DNA of 64,000 bases from a phage. Location of the stretch: the NCBI GenBank assembly GCA_018175075.1, contig GCA_018175075.1_4100.2, one strand, 5' to 3'. Below the pieces are notes generated by a model. That model was not told the origin of the DNA and did no database searches. It saw only the letters and a program-made list of their open reading frames with translations. Of the stretch, positions 47,009 to 55,982 are shown one piece after another (position 1 is the first letter of the stretch; the number at the start of each line of letters is the position of its first letter). Both the position numbers and the translations under genes were made by a program.

Positions 47009-47514
47009 TTTCATTTTTCAAAAAGAAACAAAAAGTTGATGAAACCGGATTAGAATCGTTTCTGTGGACTCTTATCATCAAAAAAAGCCCATTGATGAAA
47101 GAATATGCTATCAATGATGCTAATAGAAAAACTATCATTGAATACAAATACGAATTATCAAAATGTGATCCAATCGTTTATCACTTTGCGAAGTACTGTT
47201 CAAACAATTTATCGGATATCACAATCGACCACGAGTCAGTCCCGATGAGTTTTCCTTATGGTGATTGGGTAGATACTTTTGATATTTTTGATGGGTCAAA
47301 TGGTTTCAGTTTCTTTTACTCGTCAAATAAAGCAAGTGTTCGTATTAAAACAGACATAGGTTGGACACAGCATAGCTCAAATAAAGAAGATTATAATTTA
47401 TTAGCTGACGTATACCGAAGTGTGAAGAATTCAAAGGATATTGATGAAAGAATTAAAAAGCAAAATCGTATATCTTTATCACTTGAAACATACAAGTCAA
47501 AGTATGGTGGTTAA
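47005..47514 (+). CDS. hypothetical protein (triplet paralog 3)
   Basis: INDANRKTIIEYKYELSK motif. Confidence 0.5.
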   Translation: MISFFKKKQKVDETGLESFLWTLIIKKSPLMKEYAINDANRKTIIEYKYELSKCDPIVYHFAKYCSNNLSDITIDHESVPMSFPYGDWVDTFDIFDGSNGFSFFYSSNKASVRIKTDIGWTQHSSNKEDYNLLADVYRSVKNSKDIDERIKKQNRISLSLETYKSKYGG

Positions 47515-47516
47515 CT

Positions 47517-47918
47517 ATGACTACAGTTGATGATATCTATAGCACTATACGCAATATGAGTACAGATAGAAAAGTATTTGGCGATAAAGAAAAATCTAAG
47601 TGTTATGGTATTGATTCTTTTGATATAATTTCTTATGAGTACAATACAAGTGGAAATAGTTCACTGAATATCGTCTGTCCTCGTGACCCAGAAAATAATT
47701 TTATGTATGTTGAAATTAATAATGATGGAATGTTTTTTACAAAAGTTTTCAAAGGTGGAATTAATTACGAACCTATTGAATGTATGAATGAAGAAACTTT
47801 CTTTCAAGAAGATACAATTATCAATTTAGGTTTTAGTTTTGATGATTATAAAACATTAGAACATGACTTTAATCGTTATTATAATGGTTTCTTAAAGGAG
47901 TTAACAATTTATCTATGA
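47517..47918 (+). CDS. hypothetical protein
   Basis: ORF. Confidence 0.5.
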   Translation: MTTVDDIYSTIRNMSTDRKVFGDKEKSKCYGIDSFDIISYEYNTSGNSSLNIVCPRDPENNFMYVEINNDGMFFTKVFKGGINYEPIECMNEETFFQEDTIINLGFSFDDYKTLEHDFNRYYNGFLKELTIYL

Positions 47919-49147
47919 ATAACCAATATATTGAACAAACAATAGTGAAACACTTGGCTGGGTCACAAGCCTACGGAACCAGTACACCGGAAAGTGATAC
48001 TGATTATCGTGGTATTTTTCTTGCTAATAAAGAATTTATTCTTACACCCTTCTATAAGGTCAAAGAGGTAGCTGACAAAAGCGAAGAAGATACTAAATTC
48101 TATGAGTTGAATCAGTATTTAAAATTATACACTGAAGCTAACCCTAATATTCTTGAATCACTTTGGGTTGAACCTGAACACATTGTGGAAAGTACTGAAA
48201 TTTATGACTATCTTCGTTCATTTAACCAAAAACTTCTTAGTTCCAAGATTGCATTTTCATACACTGGATATGCATATAATCAGATTAAGCGTATGACAAA
48301 TCATCACGGTTGGATGGATAAAGAGCGTATTGCTGAAAAACGATTAAATGAGATTTTAGAAGAACACCCTGTCGATGAGGTTCTTGCGTGGATGTATGAT
48401 TCATTCCCACAGTATCTTGTTGAACGTTTAGATACATCCAACTTACATCCATTTAATGCTAAAAAGATTGATTTTGAAAAATATATGCGTGATACATCAT
48501 TGCAGTTAGTTTCGAAAAATCCATTAAAGCAATATCATTTCGTAAGATTAGTGCATAACTACACTACTGAAAAAATTCTTGATCGTGATTTCAATTTATT
48601 GAATTTTAATAATGGTTATGAACTAATTCATTACGGAGAAAACATTTTTGCGATTGTTAAGAATCCTAATGAAAGCACTATTAACCATGATGGTTCATTG
48701 CGTTATTTTTCAAAAGAACGTAGTACTGAAGAGTTGAAAACCAAACCAGAACTAATTGTAAAATTTAACGAAAAAGAATATCAGGAAAATAGTGAGAATA
48801 GGAAAAGTTATCATAAATGGAAAGAAAATCGTAATGCCAAACGTGCTATTTTAGAATCACAACACGGATTCGATTGCAAACATGCTATGCACACAATTAG
48901 ACTTTTGAATAGTGCAGAAGAAGCATTACAGAGTGGAATTATTCAAGTTAAACGACCTGATGCACAAATGTTGATGGATATTCGTAATGGTAAGTGGAAG
49001 TATGAAGAAGTATTAGAATATTTCGATGATAAAGTACAATACATTCGTGATGTTCTATATAAGAAATCAGTACTTCCCAAAAAACCAAACATTAAATTAG
49101 CATCAAAAATTATCATTGATATCAGAGAAATGCAATGGTATAAGTAA
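47915..49147 (+). CDS. Pol-beta-superfamily nucleotidyltransferase-like protein
   Basis: N-terminal GSQAYGTSTPESDTDYRGIF fits the hG[GS]...D.D minimal nucleotidyltransferase motif. Confidence 0.5.
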   Translation: MNNQYIEQTIVKHLAGSQAYGTSTPESDTDYRGIFLANKEFILTPFYKVKEVADKSEEDTKFYELNQYLKLYTEANPNILESLWVEPEHIVESTEIYDYLRSFNQKLLSSKIAFSYTGYAYNQIKRMTNHHGWMDKERIAEKRLNEILEEHPVDEVLAWMYDSFPQYLVERLDTSNLHPFNAKKIDFEKYMRDTSLQLVSKNPLKQYHFVRLVHNYTTEKILDRDFNLLNFNNGYELIHYGENIFAIVKNPNESTINHDGSLRYFSKERSTEELKTKPELIVKFNEKEYQENSENRKSYHKWKENRNAKRAILESQHGFDCKHAMHTIRLLNSAEEALQSGIIQVKRPDAQMLMDIRNGKWKYEEVLEYFDDKVQYIRDVLYKKSVLPKKPNIKLASKIIIDIREMQWYK

Positions 49148-49152
49148 CATAC

Positions 49153-49353
49153 ATGAGTATAATGGTACTAAAAATGCCATTATACTCGATAAATACTCAA
49201 TATAAATTAACGCAAGGATTAAGTATGGCACAACAAATTTTCACAGATATCCACACTACCGGAGTTATTAAATTTCAAAATAATTTTTCAGGTGCAACTG
49301 GCGTAGACATTAAAAATGATGGTTTTAACATTGTCAGTACTCGGATCTATTGA
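49153..49353 (+). CDS. small hypothetical protein
   Basis: ORF; overlaps next ORF in another frame. Confidence 0.3.
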   Translation: MSIMVLKMPLYSINTQYKLTQGLSMAQQIFTDIHTTGVIKFQNNFSGATGVDIKNDGFNIVSTRIY

Positions 49354-49852
49354 CGGTGAAGATAGTTCTCTTAGTGATTCGGTAATTGCATCATTTGGAA
49401 CAAATAAAAACAGTTCTTTTATTATTTCTGGCTGGACTGGAATGACTTCTTCCGAAAATAATGTAAAAATAAAAGCTAAAGCTACTAATGAGAATCATGA
49501 AACAGAATGGGTAACATTGTATGATAGTGCTAGTAACAAGTTATATAATGTATTGAGTTCTAATAATATTTTAATTAATCCCCTATCAGGTAATACAGTT
49601 TTTAATATTAATTTATCTGATAGAAATACCACTATTGCTATTGGTTCTGCTCCTACTGAAGTTTATTCAATTACTATCCTATTAACTCAGCAAACAGGGT
49701 CTAACCTCGTTAATTGGGGTTCAAATGTTAAATGGTCATATAATAGACCAGTTGTTCTTTCTTATGAAATTGGTGAAAAAGATATTATTTCATTAGAAAC
49801 ATATGATAAAGGAGTTACATGGTACGGTGCATTAATTAGAGCAGGAGTATGA
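49316..49852 (+). CDS. hypothetical protein
   Basis: ORF; start uncertain. Confidence 0.4.
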   Translation: MMVLTLSVLGSIDGEDSSLSDSVIASFGTNKNSSFIISGWTGMTSSENNVKIKAKATNENHETEWVTLYDSASNKLYNVLSSNNILINPLSGNTVFNINLSDRNTTIAIGSAPTEVYSITILLTQQTGSNLVNWGSNVKWSYNRPVVLSYEIGEKDIISLETYDKGVTWYGALIRAGV

Positions 49853-49853
49853 T

Positions 49854-52643
49854 ATGTTAAACAATAATATTGATAATATTGTACAACTTCTTTATGGGCA
49901 TCACAAATTTATTGAAAGAAATACTGGTGATACAATAGACCCAACAGTACAGCATTATGTGGTGAACAATCAGGGTGTTTTGGCGAACAACCGCCATTTT
50001 ATTAACTATTCTGCAATGGAAGGTCAACCAAACGGTGACGGGACAACAGAAGGTCAAAGTCTATTAATTTTAGGATACATTTATGCATATCTGGCTACAA
50101 ATGATCCATTGTTTTTAGATAAGGCAAAGTGGTATTGGGACGCATATCATCAGTACTTTTATGCTGGACGTGAATTACCAGATCCACCTACACCGCTACA
50201 ATGTAACTGGATAGTTAATGCAAAAGAACCTATATTGGCTAACTGGCCTTTAGCTGATGATGGATGGCCTACACATGGTGGTTTCAAGGGTGTAGAATTT
50301 ACATTTACAAATGGTCAATGCAAAATACCACATGGTGCACCATATTATGGTCAGTTCTTGGATAAAGTGACATTTGCATTCAAAGGTGCTTTAGCATGGA
50401 ACCAAATAAATGCGTCAGTAAAAGCTTTATTACCAGATGGTAGTGTTGATTGGGATACACCAGGTGAACAATATGATGTTGACTGGATTATTGATTTCAT
50501 GGGTAGAAAAATCGACTGGGATGGTAATATTTTAGCAGAAGGTTTTGACGAATCTGAAAAAGGAACTGTTCAATTAAAGAATACAACAATTAATGGTGTA
50601 TATAAATTAAATTTTGCTAATCGTCAACCAGTAGAATATGGTGGTGTAATAATTCAACGAAATGAAATGCAACACAACCGCCCACTTCATGTTCCAATTG
50701 ATTTAGAATTTGCTGATAACGCATCAGATGCAGAATTATGGTTTAGTGATGCTTCGTATTTGTTATATAAAATAACTAAAGAAAGAAAACATTATTTGGG
50801 TTGGAAATGTTCACTACTCACATGCTATGCTTATGGTGATATCGACTCCAGAGATAAATTTTTCAGACAAAGTACAATTGTAACCACACCATTCACTGAT
50901 GGTATTTCCTATGAATATTTTTATCCAAGTGATGCTATTGCTAAGTTTGGTAGAAATTCGTTAGGATACATTACTATCAGACAAGACCAAAGTGCACAGA
51001 GTACTATGGAGCAACAAGCTATTTGGTTCAGGGTAAATGCTGATTCAAAATTGCTAGTTGACTATGGTGGCGTGTGCGATGATGGTAAACCGTTATCATT
51101 TAAACCAGTACTGGAATTGTCAAAAACAAAAAATGACCATGATGTTGTTCGTTATCGTTGCGGCTTACCAGAAAGTAAAGACCAAAATATCACACATTCA
51201 TTAACACCGTTAAGTGCATTTGTTAGAGAAAAGAAAGCAGATGGTTCCCCTTATATAATTGCTGATAGTAGAATTGTTGTTCCTTATGGTGCAGCTACGT
51301 CCGAAATGTTATATAGTACTGATATATTAGTTACACGCCGCGATACCATTAATCAGTTAGTTTGTGGTGAAGATGATGGTGCTGTTATTGGATTTTGGCT
51401 ATTAGCAACAAATAAGTCTGAAGTTAAATCTTTTACCTATCGTTCATATGAAGATGATTACAATATAAGAATTGTAGATGATAATGGTTGGAGATGGTGG
51501 TGGATGATTCCTGCAACACACGGGGAATGGACTACAATCACACTAAGTTCCGATACATTACGTTTATCTGGGTATCAGCCAAATCATCCAAGTTCTGACC
51601 CAAGACCAGATGCACCAGTTTATAGTGAACTAGAAGATATTACTATTTTACCTGATACAACCCCAGTAGATGGTGTTGCTGCAATAATTGATTGGTATTG
51701 TATTAATGACATTCCAGAATTATACACGGATGCTGACGGTGATGACTATACTATGACATTTTCAATAACAATTGCAGGTGAATCACCATATACTGCACAG
51801 TTAGGGGATTGTGTAATCAAGGATTATTTGTTAAACTCATTGCATTACACACCAGGAACAATACCATTTTCTAACATCACTGACCCGTATGCGAACCAGT
51901 ATTCAGGATGGCGTGGTTTACCGTATCCAGGTTATCAATATCCTGTGATATATTGTTTTAAAGACCAGCCGGTAGATAACACACGCTTAGGAAACATGTT
52001 AAGCTTTATGAAAGATTCCCAAACATGGTTTACTCAACAATTCGGTACTGTTGGTCCGTGTGCACAAGCATATGTTTGGAACCGCTGGGATAACTTAAAA
52101 TATGGTGAACCAGATACATTTACTATGCTACATTGGGGTGATCAAGCATGGAGTGGGTATGAACCACGTGCGTTCTTTGGGGCTGCCAGAGCATGGCAAG
52201 AACTCGCAGAGAGAGGAATTGAACCACCAGCAGATCTTGTTGAATTTTGTGAGAATTGGATTCACTTTTTAATTCAATTTCAAAAAGATAATGATGGTCG
52301 TTCACCAACAATCTTCAATAAAGATGGCACAGTTGAAGGTCCAGATTGGGACTTTACAGGTCATATGTGTGGGTTGTGGTTAGCTGGGGCTTGTGCTGCT
52401 GGATTGGCTGGATGTAAAATAGAAGGTCTAACAACACTCGCTGATAACTTAGTTCTCGAACTTCAAAAGAATTATGTTATTGTAAATCCAGGTTCACCAA
52501 TGAATGGTTCATGGAGTCCAGCAGTTAGAGAAGGTACTGATAATGGTATGTTTTTTGGTTTCTGGGCAGGTGAGATTATGCGTGGATTGGGATTATACTC
52601 AATGTACCGCTTAAACACACCAAATCGTTTCCGTGATTTATAA
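49854..52643 (+). CDS. large hypothetical protein (929 aa)
   Basis: Long Trp/Tyr-rich ORF directly after the fibre-like genes; no motif I can assign. Confidence 0.5.
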   Translation: MLNNNIDNIVQLLYGHHKFIERNTGDTIDPTVQHYVVNNQGVLANNRHFINYSAMEGQPNGDGTTEGQSLLILGYIYAYLATNDPLFLDKAKWYWDAYHQYFYAGRELPDPPTPLQCNWIVNAKEPILANWPLADDGWPTHGGFKGVEFTFTNGQCKIPHGAPYYGQFLDKVTFAFKGALAWNQINASVKALLPDGSVDWDTPGEQYDVDWIIDFMGRKIDWDGNILAEGFDESEKGTVQLKNTTINGVYKLNFANRQPVEYGGVIIQRNEMQHNRPLHVPIDLEFADNASDAELWFSDASYLLYKITKERKHYLGWKCSLLTCYAYGDIDSRDKFFRQSTIVTTPFTDGISYEYFYPSDAIAKFGRNSLGYITIRQDQSAQSTMEQQAIWFRVNADSKLLVDYGGVCDDGKPLSFKPVLELSKTKNDHDVVRYRCGLPESKDQNITHSLTPLSAFVREKKADGSPYIIADSRIVVPYGAATSEMLYSTDILVTRRDTINQLVCGEDDGAVIGFWLLATNKSEVKSFTYRSYEDDYNIRIVDDNGWRWWWMIPATHGEWTTITLSSDTLRLSGYQPNHPSSDPRPDAPVYSELEDITILPDTTPVDGVAAIIDWYCINDIPELYTDADGDDYTMTFSITIAGESPYTAQLGDCVIKDYLLNSLHYTPGTIPFSNITDPYANQYSGWRGLPYPGYQYPVIYCFKDQPVDNTRLGNMLSFMKDSQTWFTQQFGTVGPCAQAYVWNRWDNLKYGEPDTFTMLHWGDQAWSGYEPRAFFGAARAWQELAERGIEPPADLVEFCENWIHFLIQFQKDNDGRSPTIFNKDGTVEGPDWDFTGHMCGLWLAGACAAGLAGCKIEGLTTLADNLVLELQKNYVIVNPGSPMNGSWSPAVREGTDNGMFFGFWAGEIMRGLGLYSMYRLNTPNRFRDL

Positions 52644-52644
52644 C

Positions 52645-52673
52645 TTGACATAGAAAAAGTAATTATGTATAAT
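52645..52673 (+). promoter_or_regulatory. consensus sigma70 promoter (TTGACA -17- TATAAT)
   Basis: TTGACA at 52645-52650; TATAAT at 52668-52673. Confidence 0.65.
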
Positions 52674-52674
52674 C

Positions 52675-52705
52675 AGAGAACTTCATATGGAGTTCTCTTT
52701 TTTTA
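52675..52705 (+). terminator. strong intrinsic terminator
   Basis: 10-bp stem AGAGAACTTC / GGAGTTCTCT, 4-nt loop, seven T's. Confidence 0.7.
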
Positions 52706-52717
52706 TAAGGTGATAAA

Positions 52718-53137
52718 ATGTTAAATGAACGTATTAAAAATGCACTACATGTATTGAACCAAGAAGTAAATTCTATTGATAAAAGTACTGACCGTTATAA
52801 AGTAATGCATGAAATCAAACAAGAATTGGAATCTATTAATAAGGGAGAATGGTGGTATCTTCAGCCCGAATATCAAACTCGTGAATTAAACGATGTTGAA
52901 AAAGAAATTGTCAAATTCATCACTACTCGTTACTGTGATACATCAGAGAATGAGGTATCAGCGAACTTCAATCTTACTAAATTGGAAGTCGAAGAAAAAT
53001 TCAATTTTGATTGGCTTGATTGGATTGAAATGGTCATGGAACTAGAAGAAAAATTCAATGTTGAAGTTGATGAAAAGTTCGAGAATAATGAAACGAAGCT
53101 GTATGAACTAGTAGAACATATTCAAAAAATGTTGTAA
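52718..53137 (+). CDS. acidic hypothetical protein
   Basis: ORF. Confidence 0.5.
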   Translation: MLNERIKNALHVLNQEVNSIDKSTDRYKVMHEIKQELESINKGEWWYLQPEYQTRELNDVEKEIVKFITTRYCDTSENEVSANFNLTKLEVEEKFNFDWLDWIEMVMELEEKFNVEVDEKFENNETKLYELVEHIQKML

Positions 53138-53190
53138 AACTATACAATTGTATACTCTAAATAATATCATCAACTATAGGAGATATTATT

Positions 53191-53565
53191 ATGAGTATGT
53201 TAGAAATAATTGTTTCAAAAATTCTTATTCCATTTTGGAAACCAATTTCTTTTGTATTATTAATTGGCGGTTCAGCTTATGCTGGTTGGGAAGCTAATAC
53301 TTATTACAGTGGATATCAACAAAGCATAGAGCAACAAATAGCTAAAAAAGTTGATACCGCCTTGGATAAAATGCAACAAGAAAATGCAAAAAATTACCTT
53401 GAAACTAAAAAAATCATGGAAGATAATGCTAAAGTTATTGAAACAAAGGTTCCTTTTATTGTAGAACGTGAAGTTTATAAGAATGTATGTTTAGATGAAG
53501 ATGGTGTAAAAGTACTGAATGAACTAAAACAAAATTCTCAAGCAGCGAGGAATAAATTCAAATGA
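53191..53565 (+). CDS. i-spanin-like protein (N-terminal TM plus coiled coil)
   Basis: N-terminal TM helix then charged helical region; RBS AGGAGA; adjacent lipoprotein gene, an arrangement like the T4 spanin pair. Confidence 0.45.
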   Translation: MSMLEIIVSKILIPFWKPISFVLLIGGSAYAGWEANTYYSGYQQSIEQQIAKKVDTALDKMQQENAKNYLETKKIMEDNAKVIETKVPFIVEREVYKNVCLDEDGVKVLNELKQNSQAARNKFK

Positions 53566-53870
53566 AAAAATTATTAGTTCCAATGATTTCTTTTTTAATT
53601 ATAAGTGGGTGTGCCGAGCAAGTAAAACTACAATCCCCCGCACCAATTAAACAAGAAATTCTGTTAGAAAGATGTGATGATGATACACCTCTACCACAAA
53701 AAATTATGATTGACAAAAATGGTTTTAAAGGTTATGATGGTGCAGAAATTCTTAAAGTACTTACTCGTTGGGATGCAGTATACAATGAATGTGCTTTAAA
53801 ACATGACGCATTGATTAAAACTATTCGTGATTTACAAGGTAAAGATATTAAAATCAATATCAAGGAATAA
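53562..53870 (+). CDS. o-spanin-like lipoprotein
   Basis: Signal peptide with lipobox LIISGC; start overlaps upstream stop. Confidence 0.45.
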   Translation: MKKLLVPMISFLIISGCAEQVKLQSPAPIKQEILLERCDDDTPLPQKIMIDKNGFKGYDGAEILKVLTRWDAVYNECALKHDALIKTIRDLQGKDIKINIKE

Positions 53871-53871
53871 A

Positions 53872-54483
53872 ATGAACAAATATCATGTTTACTATACGAC
53901 AAAATTATCACTTCTTGAAGAATTAAATCAACGAAGTACTAAGATGAAACGCTACACTTTAAATGGTATTACTTTTCGATATTTCCCACAAAAAGTTCTT
54001 ACTTTTGTTAAGAATCCAAAATGCGTGGCATGTGGGATTGAAGCTACTGAAGTACGCATTGAACGTTCATTATGTTCTGATCCAGTATATGGTAAACCAC
54101 ATTTAAATGTATATGCTGTATGTGGTCTTTATGAAGTTTTAATGACAGTTGACCATAATCATCTGGCATCTAAGGGTGGACCTGATTTAGAGTCAAACTT
54201 TAATACTATGTGCTCCAGATGTAATCAACTACGTTCGAATAAAACTGAAACAGTTGATGAGTTTCTTGAAAAAGTTAAAGGTCGTAATCTTCTCCAAGAA
54301 CATATGAATAATTTCTTTAATGTACAAAAAAAGAAAAATAACATTGACAAGTCGAAACTACTAGAAGAACGTAGGTTACGTCAAGAATTATGGGAAACCG
54401 ATCATCTATGGCATGTTCGAGAGTTTGGTCGTCATATGAAAGCTTTGAAAAAAGAACAGAAGAAATTGAATAAACATGATTGA
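53872..54483 (+). CDS. HNH homing endonuclease
   Basis: TVDHNH...SKGGPD...N...CSRCNQLR HNH motif; RBS AAGGAA. Confidence 0.7.
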   Translation: MNKYHVYYTTKLSLLEELNQRSTKMKRYTLNGITFRYFPQKVLTFVKNPKCVACGIEATEVRIERSLCSDPVYGKPHLNVYAVCGLYEVLMTVDHNHLASKGGPDLESNFNTMCSRCNQLRSNKTETVDEFLEKVKGRNLLQEHMNNFFNVQKKKNNIDKSKLLEERRLRQELWETDHLWHVREFGRHMKALKKEQKKLNKHD

Positions 54484-54495
54484 TATGATATTATA

Positions 54496-54526
54496 AGGAC
54501 TTGAGTATTCAAGTCCTTTTTTTTGG
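54496..54526 (+). terminator. intrinsic terminator
   Basis: Hairpin GGACTTGA...TCAAGTCC plus eight T's. Confidence 0.7.
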
Positions 54527-54535
54527 AGAAAATAA

Positions 54536-54892
54536 ATGAAATCTAAAATCTTTTTACCACAATTAATGTGGCATCTAGCAGAGTTAGATGAAAATGATGA
54601 ATTTACTGACTATGGTGCATGGGATGACAGTACTGAAACTTTTAAACCAGATGTAAAATATAAAATCATCTACAATGAAAGCAAAGGGCACAGAAGGTGG
54701 ACTGAAGAATTTGATCTCGTATTTCTTGACATGAGCACAAATAAGTTTTATCATTGTACTTATGAACGAGGTTTAACAGAAGATAGACCAGTACAACCAT
54801 TCAGTAATGAAACTGATGGTGTTAAGTGCAATGAAGTTTCTGTAACCAGAGAAGAAATTATCACTTATCGAACTTTGTGGAAATATTTGTAA
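54536..54892 (+). CDS. hypothetical protein
   Basis: ORF. Confidence 0.5.
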   Translation: MKSKIFLPQLMWHLAELDENDEFTDYGAWDDSTETFKPDVKYKIIYNESKGHRRWTEEFDLVFLDMSTNKFYHCTYERGLTEDRPVQPFSNETDGVKCNEVSVTREEIITYRTLWKYL

Positions 54893-54893
54893 A

Positions 54894-55292
54894 ATGCTTA
54901 AAGAATTAGATTTTTCAAACTTAGAAATTATCAGTGCTGTAAAAAACATTTCCGATATGGGAGATGAGAAAGCAGTTCTTGTTACTATTACTTTTGTAAA
55001 AGAAAAAGATAGCTATAGCCATTTAACTGGTATTGAAGAACTAATTCATAAAACCAATCTTGAGAATGATGGTAAACTCATCAAGCTTCAGGCTTCATAT
55101 ACGCAAAAAACGTCAAATTTTATAGACCTAAATAATGTAGTCAAGGTGGTATACAATCATCCTGAACACACATATAGGAACACGACAAGAAATGAAAATG
55201 TTGCTAACGATTCGAATATTATCGAAGATGTTGAATTCATAAACACAATTTTTGATCGTTGTTCTAAGGATTTAAAAAAAGTATACATGTAA
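54894..55292 (+). CDS. hypothetical protein
   Basis: ORF. Confidence 0.5.
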   Translation: MLKELDFSNLEIISAVKNISDMGDEKAVLVTITFVKEKDSYSHLTGIEELIHKTNLENDGKLIKLQASYTQKTSNFIDLNNVVKVVYNHPEHTYRNTTRNENVANDSNIIEDVEFINTIFDRCSKDLKKVYM

Positions 55293-55293
55293 T

Positions 55294-55321
55294 GGGACAT
55301 TATATGTTCCAATGATATAAT
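55294..55321 (+). promoter_or_regulatory. sigma70-like early promoter (GGGACA -16- TGaTATAAT)
   Basis: GGGACA at 55294-55299; TGATATAAT at 55313-55321; shares ATGGGACATTAT with the promoter at 31464. Confidence 0.55.
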
Positions 55322-55327
55322 GTATAT

Positions 55328-55843
55328 AGAAAATGACAACGGACATTGAAAAATGGACACTGAGAACCTACTTCTCTTGAAAATGTAAAGGATAGATGAG
55401 CTTTACCGTTGTAGCGAACAGCAGAAGAAACCTGTTAGAGTACTGGCATTCAAACAAACACGATGTAAGACCACGAATCACGGCGACACGGCTGTATAAA
55501 GAACTCCGATAAGCATACAGAGAGTTCCTAGATAGATGTATAAGGTTCGCACCTTACCAGATTTGCTAAGGGAGTTTAAGGATAGCGGACGCAATTTTAC
55601 AAGAAAGTTGCGTCCAAAATTTGAGAACAGGTACTTACTTTGATCGAATAGAGTTAGTACTGAGTGCTGTTGATGAAAAGACCAGCGACCGTTGCATATG
55701 ACTGCGATAGAGAGAAACCGAGCAACCCGCTTTCGCTCTCTAAATTTTGGTACAAGAAAGATCCGTCCAAAATTTGAGAAATTCGCAATTCGATAATATC
55801 CGATGCCATCATCGTCAAGAGAGACTTAATTGTCTCTTTTTTA
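55328..55843 (+). ncRNA. candidate structured non-coding RNA (~515 nt, unknown class)
   Basis: Promoter-to-terminator interval with no ORF of 60 aa or more inside it; visibly more GC-rich than flanks; internal repeated hairpin modules; terminator at 55817-55843. Confidence 0.4.
55817..55843 (+). terminator. intrinsic terminator
   Basis: Hairpin AGAGAC-TTAATT-GTCTCT plus T-run. Confidence 0.6.
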
Positions 55844-55982
55844 TTACCTTCATTCCCCTGCGGGGGGATGTAATAGTCCTCAACAAATCCCGTCAAGTTT
55901 TTAAAGTACATTATCATTTTCAGAAGGAACTAGTTTACGAAGTAAACGCAGTGACTTCTTGAGTTACGAGAGAACGAAGTGA

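Noticed and set aside
55535-55560. tRNA-like T-arm (AAGGTTCGCACCTT) suggesting a tRNA gene
   Set aside because: The loop is 5-6 nt, not the canonical 7; no matching acceptor or D-arm could be built around it. I found no convincing tRNA anywhere in the window.
55654-55962. Overlapping ORFs (minus 87 aa, plus 71 aa) inside the ncRNA candidate
   Set aside because: They overlap each other, cross the terminator hairpin and lack RBSs; the interval is better explained as non-coding, though this remains unproven
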